Assembly (NCBI GenBank): GCA_964350885.1
Contig: CAYGKV010000003.1
Coordinates: forward strand, 15,444-79,443
Origin: an uncultured Candidatus Saccharibacteria bacterium
GTDB lineage: Bacteria > Patescibacteriota > Minisyncoccia > Phycocordibacterales > UBA2100
DNA: 64,000 bases
Direction: 5' to 3'
This document shows, in pieces, positions 44,657-55,063 of this stretch (the first letter of the stretch is position 1; every line of letters starts with the position of its first letter). Made by a program: the position numbers and the translations under genes. The notes under the pieces are model-generated. The model was given only the letters and a program-made list of their open reading frames with translations. It ran no database searches and had not been told where the DNA came from.

Positions 44657-45151
44657 ATGGCAAAGGTTTGCGCGGTTGTGGCAATCGGGAAGAAGCGAGA
44701 GATTGGGAAAGAGGGGAAGCTGCTGTGGCATATTCCGGACGACCTGAGACGCTTTAAGCGATTGACGCTTGGGCATCCGATTATTTTGGGTCGTAAGACT
44801 TTTGAATCGATCGTCGAGTATTTGGGCAAGCCTCTTCCGGATCGCACAAATATTGTAGTAACGCGCGATCCGAAGTGGGGCTATGAAGGAGTTATCGCCG
44901 TCCCTTCACTAGAAGAGGCAATAAAGAAGGCGAGAGAGCTCGATTCGATAGAGATTCATATTGGCGGAGGTGCAGAGATTTACAAGCAAGCACTACCGCT
45001 GATCGACAAGCTGTATCTCACGCTCATCGACGCTGAAGGCGAAGCCGATACCTTTTTTCCACCCTATGAGACCGAGTTCACAAAAAAAGTATTTGAAGAG
45101 ACGCACGAATGGAACGGCTTGAAATACCGATGGGTGGATCTTGAACGGTAA
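44657..45151 (+). CDS. folA: Dihydrofolate reductase
   Basis: AIGKKREIGKEGKLLWHIPDDLRRFKRLTLGHPIILGRKTFESI, the canonical DHFR motifs. Confidence 0.85.
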   Translation: MAKVCAVVAIGKKREIGKEGKLLWHIPDDLRRFKRLTLGHPIILGRKTFESIVEYLGKPLPDRTNIVVTRDPKWGYEGVIAVPSLEEAIKKARELDSIEIHIGGGAEIYKQALPLIDKLYLTLIDAEGEADTFFPPYETEFTKKVFEETHEWNGLKYRWVDLER

Positions 45152-45153
45152 AC

Positions 45154-46581
45154 TCACGGCAATCCTGCTTCTCGGAACTTTTTTTCCAGGGCAAGGAAGT
45201 GCTCTTTGAGTGTAGGGAATAATTGCAGAATCGGCTCCGCTTTTTTTCGCACATCTTCGCGATGCATCACATTCATATGTGACAATTTGCTTCGGGTTTC
45301 TGGATCATAAATGTAAAGCTGTGCCTCAAACATGTCGAGCCCTTTTATGAACCATGAATTTCCTATGAATGGTAGCCGCTCCCGGTCTTCTTCGTATTTT
45401 GTTAGTCTTCGTTCGAACATTTTGTTGAAACCGCCTGCGCGCGGCGCGTAATCATAAGCAATATCTATTCCTGCGTCCCACTCTTCTTGGGCATGTTTCT
45501 CTGTCTTCATCGAAGTGATCGTATCGCTCGTTATGGCTTCCGGAGCATCATGAGCCAAAATTGTTTCGTCTCCTTCTCGAGAATCAAGTATTCGTGGGTT
45601 TGTTCGTGCTCGTGATACGGAAAGTGTTTGTTGAGCGAAGTCTTTTTTGACTGCGCCTAGGAGGTAACGTTTGAGAAAAAGGAGCGCCGACGTGTGCTCG
45701 GTCACGGTATCGTGGTGGTCATCTTGTGGTTTGGGAGCTTGCCCGAAGCGCAACTTTCGTTTAAGACTCTGGAGCCGTAAGAGCCGCACGTTCTCGTCGT
45801 TTACATCTATTTTGGAAGGATCTCCGAAGTCGGGTGCGTTTTGAATAAAGATATTTTGCATCGTCTCAGGTCTCGTGATTTCATTGGTATACACTCGGGA
45901 TGGTGCGAAATATTCTTTTCTGTGGAATAGCCGTTCTATTCGATCGTAAAATTCCCGAACCGGAGGAAATTCTCGACAAAAGGTAGATACACGTTCTCGG
46001 TAGTCTTCGATCGCGTACCCTTTTCCAGCCACCAATTCTTTGCGCAGATGAGGTGGTCGGGAAAGAACATACAACATGGTTTCAAGTCCGTTTAAGGCAT
46101 TCACAAAACGTGCTTCAGGCGTCTCTTGTCCTAAGTATTCAGCGTAGGCATTGAAGAGCTCGCTGTTAAAGGAATTTCGGCGCGGAAGTTCCCCAAAGAT
46201 CTTTGCAGTATCAATAATCTCGTCTCGTTTTTGTCCAGGAGTTCTTTGGATCGGTGGAACGGAAGAGAAATTACTTATGTGGCCGATGTCGTGTGCGAGG
46301 ACCATATCAGAAACGCGTTCGTAGTCGAGTTTTGTCCCTTGTTGATCAATGAGCGGGAGGAAGTAGTGCGTTAGATATGCCGTCATCGCGATATGATCGC
46401 CGACGGATTCGCTTGTATTTTCAGGCAACTTGTCGACATCTTCTGGATTATTGGGATCTTTTGCGCGCAAGCGGCGCGTGAGTTCATATATGCCAAGCAC
46501 AGCCTTTATTTCTTCTGCCAAAGGAATCTTTTCTCGAGACTCTATATCGCGAAAGGGCTGCTTAGGCATTTCTTGTGACAT
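45154..46581 (-). CDS. Tandem HD-domain hydrolase (two YfbR-like 5'-deoxynucleotidase-type domains)
   Basis: Two HD signatures: LAHDIGHISNF and ILAHDAPEAITSDTI (HDxxE). The start was chosen at MSQEMPKQ (46581) rather than the Arg-rich upstream extension. Confidence 0.55.
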   Translation of the reverse strand: MSQEMPKQPFRDIESREKIPLAEEIKAVLGIYELTRRLRAKDPNNPEDVDKLPENTSESVGDHIAMTAYLTHYFLPLIDQQGTKLDYERVSDMVLAHDIGHISNFSSVPPIQRTPGQKRDEIIDTAKIFGELPRRNSFNSELFNAYAEYLGQETPEARFVNALNGLETMLYVLSRPPHLRKELVAGKGYAIEDYRERVSTFCREFPPVREFYDRIERLFHRKEYFAPSRVYTNEITRPETMQNIFIQNAPDFGDPSKIDVNDENVRLLRLQSLKRKLRFGQAPKPQDDHHDTVTEHTSALLFLKRYLLGAVKKDFAQQTLSVSRARTNPRILDSREGDETILAHDAPEAITSDTITSMKTEKHAQEEWDAGIDIAYDYAPRAGGFNKMFERRLTKYEEDRERLPFIGNSWFIKGLDMFEAQLYIYDPETRSKLSHMNVMHREDVRKKAEPILQLFPTLKEHFLALEKKFREAGLP

Positions 46582-46589
46582 AGATTTTA

Positions 46590-47681
46590 TTATTGTGCCA
46601 TACTTTTCAGCACTTTGAGATATAGATTTTCCACTATTTTTTGTTGAGCTTTGCCGCCTTTGACATAGTGATCGAGGCCGGGGGCGGCGTTGATTTCGAG
46701 TATCCAGTATGTGCGAGGTTTTTCGTGGATATCGCCGTCTACCATAAGATCCACTCCACACAAGCGAAGGCCCATATCTTTCGTGAGCTTGATCGCGATC
46801 TTTTTGAATGCAGGGTGGATGTGTTTCGTCACATCGATCGAATCGCCGCCGGAAGAGAGATTTGCGTTGTCCAAAAGGAATATTCGCTCGCCGCGTTTTG
46901 GAATCGTCGTCAAGGCCCGGCCTTGGTGTTTGAGCTTGTTTACGATACGCGGGTCATTAATTTTGATGCGTGTATCACGACTTGAGGCAATAAACGCGCG
47001 GGCTTTTTTCGCGAGAAGTTGTCGAATGGTCGAGCGGCCATCGCCCACTACATTGAGTGGGATGCGTTCATATGCGGAGATGATCTCATTGTCCAAGACG
47101 ACGACGCGGTAATCCTTGCCCCGAACGGCTTGTTGGACCAAAGCTACTTTGTCGTTCTTGAAAATGGACCGAAGTGCGCGGAAGAATTCTTGCTTGCTGT
47201 GAACGAGAGAAACACCAACGCCCTGGCTCCCGCTATTTGGTTTTACTATGACCGGAAATCCATTCTTTTTTGCGTAGCGGTATGCCGCACCAATGTCACG
47301 CTTTGAGCCTATCGCAGCGCACCACTCATCAGAATAGAAAGATTTGCCAGGAATGGTTGGGTACCCCATGCGGCGCATGAAGAACGTTGCATAGTCTTTG
47401 TCCTTTGAAATATCTGCAGAGCCGACGGGGTTCAGATCGAGTGTGTTGTAGCGGAAGTATCGATTTTTGCCGTTTTTATAGTGTATCTGTCCCGCGATGT
47501 TCCATTCCGGTTCGAGTACGACCCTTGCTCCAATTTTGGGCGCAAGACGCTGGAGCATTTTTGCGAGGACAAGACTTTCGGGCTTTCTCTTCATGTGCGG
47601 TATCATGGCACAATCGGACATATTGCCTGTATTGACAATCCGTACGAAAGTAGTATCATGAACCATGGTAAATCGAATCAT
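46590..47681 (-). CDS. ATP-grasp domain protein (RimK / cyanophycin-synthetase-N-like)
   Basis: ATP-grasp core FPVIVKPNSGSQGVGVSLV...RVVVLDNEII...YWILEINAAPGL; its start region overlaps the purL start divergently. Confidence 0.6.
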   Translation of the reverse strand: MIRFTMVHDTTFVRIVNTGNMSDCAMIPHMKRKPESLVLAKMLQRLAPKIGARVVLEPEWNIAGQIHYKNGKNRYFRYNTLDLNPVGSADISKDKDYATFFMRRMGYPTIPGKSFYSDEWCAAIGSKRDIGAAYRYAKKNGFPVIVKPNSGSQGVGVSLVHSKQEFFRALRSIFKNDKVALVQQAVRGKDYRVVVLDNEIISAYERIPLNVVGDGRSTIRQLLAKKARAFIASSRDTRIKINDPRIVNKLKHQGRALTTIPKRGERIFLLDNANLSSGGDSIDVTKHIHPAFKKIAIKLTKDMGLRLCGVDLMVDGDIHEKPRTYWILEINAAPGLDHYVKGGKAQQKIVENLYLKVLKSMAQ

Positions 47682-50613
47682 CGTCTCCTCAAAGATTCCC
47701 GATGCCAGAGCACAGAGCTACCTCCACACTCTGCAGACCAGGTTTCCTGAAAGCGGCTTGAAGGCCGCTTCTCTCATACAAGTCTATACAGTCGATGCGC
47801 GATGCTCTACCGCTGAACTGGAAAAAGCTGCCCAGCGACTTGCAAATCCGATCACCGAACGCTACATACTCGGTAATATTCTTGAGCCGGAATCATACGC
47901 CTTCGCGATCGAGATCGGGTATCTACCCGGCGTTACCGACAATGTAGGAAGGACTGCGCAAGAGACCATCGAGGATTCGATCGACAGGAAATTTGCAGAA
48001 GGCGAACATGTGTATGCATCGGTCATCTTGTTTCTCGAAGGTGATATGCGGGAAGGTGAGGCCGCCCGGTTTGCGCGTGAGCTTCACAACCCCCTTATCG
48101 AACGAGCCAAGATTTTTTCATACGAACACAACGAGTTTCCAATAGAGGTCCCCAAAGTGACGCTCCAGAAAGCCAAAATCGGCACTATCGAAGTGGATTT
48201 GAATGTTCCCGACGAAGAACTCATGAAGATTGGCAAGCAGGGGATTGCGAACATCAATGGCACACGCCGCGGTCCGCTCGCGCTCTCGCTTCGCCAGCTC
48301 AAAGTAATACGGGATCATTTCATAAGACAAAAAAGGAGTCCGACCGATATCGAATTGGAATCGCTTGCCCAGGCATGGTCGGAGCACTGCAAACACACGA
48401 TCTTTGCCGATCCCTTGGACGAAGTGAAAGAGGGGATTTACAAACGCTACATAAAAGGCGCGACGGAAAAGATACGGAAACAAAAAGGCAAAAAGGATTT
48501 TTGCGTGTCGGTGTTTAAAGACAACTCCGGCGCGATTGCGTTTGACGAAAAATACCTTGTCACGCACAAAGTAGAAACCCACAATTCTCCTTCAGGACTC
48601 GATCCTTTTGGTGGATCGGTGACCGCGATCGTTGGTGTGAATCGTGATTGTCTGGGGTTTGGGCTTGGTGCGAAACCAATCGCCAACGTCTACGGTTTTT
48701 GTGTTGCCGATCCAAATGATTCTACCGAGCTGTACCGCGATATTGGCAAAACGCAGCCACTCTTGCCCGCCCGGCGGATTCTCGAAGGAGTGATTCACGG
48801 TGTGAATGCAGGTGGCAACCAAAGCGGGATCCCCACCCCACTCGGATTTATCGCGGTGGACCCGAGCTACCGTGGCAAGCCACTCGTTTTTGGCGGCACG
48901 GTCGGTCTCGTTCCCCGAAAGAAAGGTTCGAAGAAATTGTATGAGAAAAAGGCGAAGCCAGGAGATTACATCGTGATGCTCGGTGGTCGCGTCGGGCTCG
49001 ACGGCATTCATGGGGCAACCTTCTCTTCCGAGTCTCTCTCGGGGGGCTCTCCCGCTACCGCAGTACAAATCGGGGATCCTATTACGCAAAAGAAGCTCTC
49101 GGATGTGCTTATCCGCGAGGCGCGCGACAAGGGACTCTATTCGAGCATCACCGACGATGGCGCGGGCGGACTTTCGGGTTCGGTGGGCGAAATGGCGCGC
49201 GAGAGCGGCGGGGCGGCTGTCGACATCGAGAAAGTCCCGCTGAAATATCCGGGCCTCGCCCCGTGGCAAATATGGATCTCCGAATCACAGGAGCGCATGA
49301 CGCTCGCAGTACCCAAGGTGAAGTGGGTGGCATTCAAGAAGATTTGTGATCGGCACGATGTGGAGGCGACGCGCATCGGGGAATTCACGAAATCAAAGCG
49401 ATGTATCGTCCGTTCCAACAAAAAGAACATTTTGGATATTTCACTCGACTTTTTGCACGAAGGTCGACCTATCGAACAGCAAAAGAGTATCGAACCAAAA
49501 CGCATTCCATTAGCCGCGAAGGATATCTCGGAAGAGTCAGCGCAGGCGCTTCTGCGCATGCTTTCGGGGCCAAATGTGGGTTCCATCGCTTTTGTATCCC
49601 AGCAATACGATCACGAGGTGCAGGGCACATCGGTCACAAAGCCGCTGCATGGTCGCGGTCGGGTGAATGCAGATGCGGCAGTTTTGCAACCATTGCCGGA
49701 TTCAGAAAAGGGGATCGTGCTCTCGCATGGGTACACACCGTGGTACTCGGTGATCGATACATACGCGATGGCTGCAGCGGCGATCGACACGGCAGTGCGC
49801 AACTCGATCGCCGCAGGTGCATCGCGCGATTACCTCGCAATTCTCGACAACTTCTGCTGGTCGTCTTCGGAGACACCCGAGCGTTTGTATGAGTTGAAAC
49901 GGGCAGCAAAGGCCTGTTACGACGTAGCAGTCGCGTACGGCACCCCTTTTATTTCAGGCAAGGATAGTATGTTCAACGATTTCCGCGGATACACTGAGGA
50001 TGGAAAGCTTATTCACATCGCGGCACTTCCCACACTTCTCGTTTCTGCGATCGGTGTTATTCCCGATGTCGAGGAATCTATGACCATTGATTTCAAGTGT
50101 GTCGGTGATTTGGTCTACGTCATTGGCGAGACCCACGACGAGCTTGGTGCATCCGAGTACTTCCAGATATCGGGATTTACGAAATCCCGATATGGAAAAG
50201 TGCCGGTCGTTGATATAAAAAAGAACGCAAAGGTCTACGACGCGGTGTCTAGGGCAATACAAAAGGGTTTTGTCGCATCTGCGATCGGTGTTGGCCGCGG
50301 CGGACTCGCCGTGGCGCTTTCAAAGTCGGCTATCGCAGGACAGCTAGGCACACAAGTCGATCTCACAAAGCTTCCCGGCAACGCGGAAACCCCAGAAGCG
50401 ATTCTTTTTTCTGAAAGTCAGGGCCGTTTCGTCGTTTCTGTACCTCGGAGCGTGCAGAAAGAATTCGAGAACATGTTCAAAGGCATAGCACTCTCGAACG
50501 TCGGGGAAGTCGTACAGGCGGCGTCTGTCTCCATCGCACTGCCGCAGGAAAAGGTTGAGCTTTCGCTTTCCACGTTGACCGAGAGCTATAGGTCGTTCTT
50601 CAAGAATTGGTAA
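47665..50613 (+). CDS. purL: Phosphoribosylformylglycinamidine synthase PurL with an N-terminal PurS-like extension (PurS-PurL fusion)
   Basis: 982 aa. The PurL AIRS-like domains are present (GIPTPLGFIAVDP, SITDDGAGGLS). The ~200-aa N-terminal extension resembles PurS / the lgPurL N-domain. Confidence 0.8.
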   Translation: MVNRIIVSSKIPDARAQSYLHTLQTRFPESGLKAASLIQVYTVDARCSTAELEKAAQRLANPITERYILGNILEPESYAFAIEIGYLPGVTDNVGRTAQETIEDSIDRKFAEGEHVYASVILFLEGDMREGEAARFARELHNPLIERAKIFSYEHNEFPIEVPKVTLQKAKIGTIEVDLNVPDEELMKIGKQGIANINGTRRGPLALSLRQLKVIRDHFIRQKRSPTDIELESLAQAWSEHCKHTIFADPLDEVKEGIYKRYIKGATEKIRKQKGKKDFCVSVFKDNSGAIAFDEKYLVTHKVETHNSPSGLDPFGGSVTAIVGVNRDCLGFGLGAKPIANVYGFCVADPNDSTELYRDIGKTQPLLPARRILEGVIHGVNAGGNQSGIPTPLGFIAVDPSYRGKPLVFGGTVGLVPRKKGSKKLYEKKAKPGDYIVMLGGRVGLDGIHGATFSSESLSGGSPATAVQIGDPITQKKLSDVLIREARDKGLYSSITDDGAGGLSGSVGEMARESGGAAVDIEKVPLKYPGLAPWQIWISESQERMTLAVPKVKWVAFKKICDRHDVEATRIGEFTKSKRCIVRSNKKNILDISLDFLHEGRPIEQQKSIEPKRIPLAAKDISEESAQALLRMLSGPNVGSIAFVSQQYDHEVQGTSVTKPLHGRGRVNADAAVLQPLPDSEKGIVLSHGYTPWYSVIDTYAMAAAAIDTAVRNSIAAGASRDYLAILDNFCWSSSETPERLYELKRAAKACYDVAVAYGTPFISGKDSMFNDFRGYTEDGKLIHIAALPTLLVSAIGVIPDVEESMTIDFKCVGDLVYVIGETHDELGASEYFQISGFTKSRYGKVPVVDIKKNAKVYDAVSRAIQKGFVASAIGVGRGGLAVALSKSAIAGQLGTQVDLTKLPGNAETPEAILFSESQGRFVVSVPRSVQKEFENMFKGIALSNVGEVVQAASVSIALPQEKVELSLSTLTESYRSFFKNW

Positions 50614-50614
50614 T

Positions 50615-51388
50615 ATGAAAAAGAAACCACATGTAATTATATTTTCCGGCTATGGCCTCAACACCGAGGACGAGACGAAGTCTGTGTTTGAGAAAGCGGG
50701 TGCCACCGCCGAGATTATTCATCTCAATGACATAATCGCTAACCCATCGGTTCTCAAGAAAGCGCAGATACTGGTCTTCGGAGGTGGTTTCGCATATGGC
50801 GATGATACTGGCGCTGGCAAAGCGTACGGCAACAGGGTGAAGCAGCATCTTGGAAAAGAGATCGAGCAATTTCTCGCGCGCGACACGCTCCTCCTCGGCA
50901 TTTGTAACGGTTTCCAGATCATTACGAACGCCGGTATTTTGCCAGGCGCACTTATCGCAAACGATATCCCGCGATACAACGCTCGGTGGGTGGACCTTGA
51001 AGTTACGGGAGAGAGTCCGTGGCTCAGAGGGATTAAGGCACTGAGTATCCCGATTGCTCACGGCGAGGGAAAGTATTACGCGCCCGAAGAAACCCTATCC
51101 AAGCTCAAATCTGACGGTGGAGTTGCGCTCAAGTATGTGGAGGGGGAAACATCGAGACATTTCGACATGTCCGCAAACCCGAATGGTTCTCTTGAGAATA
51201 TCGCGGGCATTACCGGGTACAAGGGCCGCGTCCTTGGGCTCATGCCGCATCCCGAACGCGCCGTGCGCTTCACCCAGCTTCCGCATTGGACGCTCCTTCG
51301 CGAAGAGTACTCACGGCAAGGTAAGCCTTTGCCGCAGGAAGGGCCGGGTCTGCAATTATTCAGAAATGCGGTGCAATACTTTTTATGA
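50615..51388 (+). CDS. purQ: FGAM synthase glutaminase subunit PurQ
   Basis: Class I glutamine amidotransferase with Cys in LLLGICNGFQII and a His/Glu near the C-terminus. Confidence 0.85.
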   Translation: MKKKPHVIIFSGYGLNTEDETKSVFEKAGATAEIIHLNDIIANPSVLKKAQILVFGGGFAYGDDTGAGKAYGNRVKQHLGKEIEQFLARDTLLLGICNGFQIITNAGILPGALIANDIPRYNARWVDLEVTGESPWLRGIKALSIPIAHGEGKYYAPEETLSKLKSDGGVALKYVEGETSRHFDMSANPNGSLENIAGITGYKGRVLGLMPHPERAVRFTQLPHWTLLREEYSRQGKPLPQEGPGLQLFRNAVQYFL

Positions 51389-52488
51389 TGAAAACTGTTG
51401 GCATCGTGGGTGGGGGGCAGCTTGGCAAAATGCTTGCCGAAGCCGCGAAGCCTCTTGGGCTTCGGATGGTCGTCCTTGATCCCACACCAAATTGTCCCGC
51501 TGCACAGGTGGCGGACAAGCACGTCGTTGGAGATTTCAGGGATCACGATACTGTCGTTGCCTTTGCAAAAGAGGCCGACGTCCTCACGTTTGAAATCGAA
51601 TCCGCCAATGCGCAAGCCTTGGAAGAGCTTGTCTCGCGCGGGTTTCCCGTGCATCCGACACCGACTACGCTCGCGATCATTAAAGACAAGTTAAGGCAGA
51701 AAAGATTTCTCACAGAACACGGAATTTCGGTCGCACCTTTTGCACAAGTAGATGATGCAGAGACGCTCGGGTATCCATACATACTCAAGGCACGCTCAGG
51801 AGGTTTCGACGGTCGCGGCAATGCGTTGGTAGAAAAGAAGGAAGATCTTCCAGCGGCATGGGAAAAGATAGGAAATGTGCCCGCATATGCCGAAGGCCTC
51901 GTGTCGTTCGATAAAGAACTCGCGATTGTCGCCGCTCGCACAACATCTGGCGAGATACAGGTCTATCCACTCGTCGAAACCATACACAAAGATCACATCT
52001 GCCACATGGTGCTGGCACCCGCTCCGGTCAACGAGAGTATTGTACGGAAAGCACATGCGGTCGCGGAGAAAGTCCTCCAGGCGTTCGATGGCGCTGGAGT
52101 CTTCGGTATCGAGATGTTCTTGGTGGGTGGAGATGTGTTGGTGAACGAGATCGCGCCGCGCGTTCACAATAGCGGTCACTTCTCTATTGAGGGGAGTATC
52201 ACCTCGCAATTCGAGAATCATATGCGCGCGGTAGCAGGGCTACCGCTTGGAAGTACCGACATGAAGGCTCCGGCGGCCGTCATGATAAATATACTGGGGG
52301 GACGAAATGGGCCGGCTACGCCGAGTGGTGTCGAGGAAGCGCAAAAGATTCCGGGTGTGGGCGTGCACATGTATGGTAAAGTTGAGACGCGCATCGGTCG
52401 CAAAATGGGCCATCTGACAGCGGTCGGTAATACGCTCGAAGAGGCAAAAGCGGCGGCCGAACAAGCATTTACATTAATTTCAATATGA
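51385..52488 (+). CDS. purK: N5-carboxyaminoimidazole ribonucleotide synthase PurK
   Basis: ATP-grasp with the N-terminus [14 protein letters not shown]. Confidence 0.85.
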   Translation: MMKTVGIVGGGQLGKMLAEAAKPLGLRMVVLDPTPNCPAAQVADKHVVGDFRDHDTVVAFAKEADVLTFEIESANAQALEELVSRGFPVHPTPTTLAIIKDKLRQKRFLTEHGISVAPFAQVDDAETLGYPYILKARSGGFDGRGNALVEKKEDLPAAWEKIGNVPAYAEGLVSFDKELAIVAARTTSGEIQVYPLVETIHKDHICHMVLAPAPVNESIVRKAHAVAEKVLQAFDGAGVFGIEMFLVGGDVLVNEIAPRVHNSGHFSIEGSITSQFENHMRAVAGLPLGSTDMKAPAAVMINILGGRNGPATPSGVEEAQKIPGVGVHMYGKVETRIGRKMGHLTAVGNTLEEAKAAAEQAFTLISI

Positions 52489-53057
52489 ACACACCGCTCG
52501 TTGGCACATTCGAATCTGGTGATCTCAGTACCTCCTCACCTGCGCTCGTCGGCATCATCATGGGCTCGGATTCGGATCTCGCTGTCATGCAGGAGGCGGC
52601 GAAGATTCTTGAAGAATTTGGAGTATCTCACGAGATCACTGTCGTTTCCGCACACCGCACACCCGACAGGCTCTCTGAATACGCGAAAAATGCAGAGGGG
52701 CGCGGACTCAAGGTCATCATCGCTGGTGCTGGAGGTGCTGCACATTTGCCCGGTATGGCAGCCGCGTACTGTGCACTCCCCGTGATCGGTGTGCCAATTT
52801 CCACAAAAGCTCTGAAGGGTATTGATTCGCTCCTCTCTATCGCGCAAATGCCGCCGGGGGTTCCCGTTGCGACCGTTGCCATTAACGGTGCCAGGAACGC
52901 TGGAATTCTCGCCGCTGAGATCCTCGGCGCACACGATATGGATATTCGTGCGAAAGTGCGCGCATACAAAATGAAGATGGAAGCAGATGTGTTGGAGAAG
53001 GTCACCAAGCTCGAAGAAATGGGTTACGAGAAGTATCTTGGAGGCGGATCAGTATGA
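52485..53057 (+). CDS. purE: N5-CAIR mutase PurE
   Basis: [11 protein letters not shown]...[24 protein letters not shown]. Confidence 0.9.
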   Translation: MNTPLVGTFESGDLSTSSPALVGIIMGSDSDLAVMQEAAKILEEFGVSHEITVVSAHRTPDRLSEYAKNAEGRGLKVIIAGAGGAAHLPGMAAAYCALPVIGVPISTKALKGIDSLLSIAQMPPGVPVATVAINGARNAGILAAEILGAHDMDIRAKVRAYKMKMEADVLEKVTKLEEMGYEKYLGGGSV

Positions 53058-54097
53058 CCGATAAGAAACTATCGTATAAGACCGCCGGTGTAGACATTGA
53101 CGCGGCAAATGATACGAAGCGAGAGATGGTCTCCATACTTGAAAGCGCTGACGCGCGCGTCATGAACAGGCTCGGTGCGTTCGCGACACTTTTCGACGGT
53201 TCATTTCCCGACTACAAACATCCGGTGCTAGTGTTTAAGACTGAAGAACCTGGTTCGAAACAAAAGCTTGCTCTGCAAAACGAAAGCGTCGAGACAATTT
53301 GTTATGATCTCATCAACCATTTGGTGAACGACGCCATAGTGATGGGCGCCAAACCGCTTTCGGTACAAGATTGCATCGTTTGCGGGAAAATGGAAAAGGA
53401 AACCATTCTGAAAATAGTGTCGGCCCTTTCCGCAGCATGCAAAAAGAACGAGTGCGTCCTTACCGGCGGCGAGACATCCGAACAGCCCGGCGTCGTCGAG
53501 GAGGGAACGTATATTTTGACCGCGAGTATCGTCGGCGTTGTGGATAAAGAAAACATTATCGATGGTTCGAAGATACAGGAAGGGGACGCTGTCTTGGCAC
53601 TCGCTTCGAGCGGGATACATACCAATGGATTTTCCCTCGTGCGGAAGATTCTAAAAGAATCTCCGGCGATTATGAATGAGGAAGTGGAGGGCATGCCTTT
53701 TATGAAAAATATATTGACGCCGCACCGGGCTTACTACGCGTGCTTGAAAGATGTATTCAGAAATGCGGGGCTCGTCGGGTTGGCACATATTACCGGAGGG
53801 GGAATACAAGAAAATCTCAACCGAGTACTCCCAAATACCTTAAACGCCGAGATTGATCTCGGGAAAATTAGAATACTTCCGATATTCAAGATACTTAAAA
53901 AATTCGGTGATTTGAGCGACTCGGACATGCTCAGAACTTTCAATATGGGCGTTGGCATGGCGGTTGTCGTGAAGCCTGACTTTGCCGAAGAGGCGATTGC
54001 GCACTTCAGGCATTCAGGCGTCCCCGCATACTCTATAGGCTCTATTACGAAGGGTGAAAAGAGCGTTGATTTCGTAGGTGGTCTGCAGTGGGGTTGA
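53054..54097 (+). CDS. purM: Phosphoribosylformylglycinamidine cyclo-ligase PurM
   Basis: [13 protein letters not shown]-terminus and the AIRS N/C domains. Confidence 0.85.
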   Translation: MTDKKLSYKTAGVDIDAANDTKREMVSILESADARVMNRLGAFATLFDGSFPDYKHPVLVFKTEEPGSKQKLALQNESVETICYDLINHLVNDAIVMGAKPLSVQDCIVCGKMEKETILKIVSALSAACKKNECVLTGGETSEQPGVVEEGTYILTASIVGVVDKENIIDGSKIQEGDAVLALASSGIHTNGFSLVRKILKESPAIMNEEVEGMPFMKNILTPHRAYYACLKDVFRNAGLVGLAHITGGGIQENLNRVLPNTLNAEIDLGKIRILPIFKILKKFGDLSDSDMLRTFNMGVGMAVVVKPDFAEEAIAHFRHSGVPAYSIGSITKGEKSVDFVGGLQWG

Positions 54098-54127
54098 CAA
54101 GACATCTTGGGGGGTGTATAATACACT

Positions 54128-55063
54128 ATGAATGAAGTACTAAAAGAAACACATTTTTCGTCCCTCGGCGAGAAGAAAATAGGAAAGGTGCGCGATATCT
54201 ACATTCAGCCCGAGCGGCTGATTTTGGTTACAACAGATCGCCATTCCTCCTTTGACCGTATCATTGCGCACATACCGTGGAAGGGACAGGTATTGAATCA
54301 GATAAGTGCGTGGTGGTTTGAGCAGACGAAGGATATTGTGCCGAATCATGTACTCGCAGTGCCCGATCCAAATGTTACTGTCGCGAAAAGGATGAAAATA
54401 GTGCCAATAGAAGCCGTGGTGCGAGGTTATCTCACAGGAGTGACGGATACAGCGATTTGGACACGATACCAAAACGGTGTGCGCACGTTTGGCAATATGG
54501 CGTTGGCTGATGGCTTGAAGAAGAACATCAAACTACCGCATCCCGTATTTGACCCCACGACCAAAGAGGATACGCATGATAGGACAATTTCTCAAGAACA
54601 GATGGTTGCAGAACGGCTCATTTCCGCAGAGCTTCTCGAAAAAGTAAAACATACGGCGACGGCACTCTTTTTGCGAGGTCAGAAGGTGGCGGCTAAGCGT
54701 GGTCTTATTCTCGTCGACACGAAGTATGAATTTGGCACGGACGAAAAAGGAAATCTTGTTTTGATAGACGAAATACACACGCCCGATTCTTCGCGTTACT
54801 GGCAAATCGAAGGGTACGAAGAGAGTCTCGCCAAGGGCAGTGAGCCCAAAAGTTTCGACAAAGAATTTTTACGTCTGTGGTTTAAGGAGCACTGCGATCC
54901 GTACAAAGATGCGGTATTGCCAGAAGCACCTCAGGAGCTTGTGGAAGAGCTCTCGCGGCGGTACATTCAGATGTATGAACAAATTACCGGTACACAATTC
55001 ATACCCGGCGAGACGCCCGTGCTTTCGCGCATGGAGCGCAATTTAAAATCATATGCCGCTTGA
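54128..55063 (+). CDS. purC: SAICAR synthetase PurC (long form)
   Basis: GKVRDIY...LILVDTKYEFG...DTPDSSRYW. Confidence 0.85.
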   Translation: MNEVLKETHFSSLGEKKIGKVRDIYIQPERLILVTTDRHSSFDRIIAHIPWKGQVLNQISAWWFEQTKDIVPNHVLAVPDPNVTVAKRMKIVPIEAVVRGYLTGVTDTAIWTRYQNGVRTFGNMALADGLKKNIKLPHPVFDPTTKEDTHDRTISQEQMVAERLISAELLEKVKHTATALFLRGQKVAAKRGLILVDTKYEFGTDEKGNLVLIDEIHTPDSSRYWQIEGYEESLAKGSEPKSFDKEFLRLWFKEHCDPYKDAVLPEAPQELVEELSRRYIQMYEQITGTQFIPGETPVLSRMERNLKSYAA

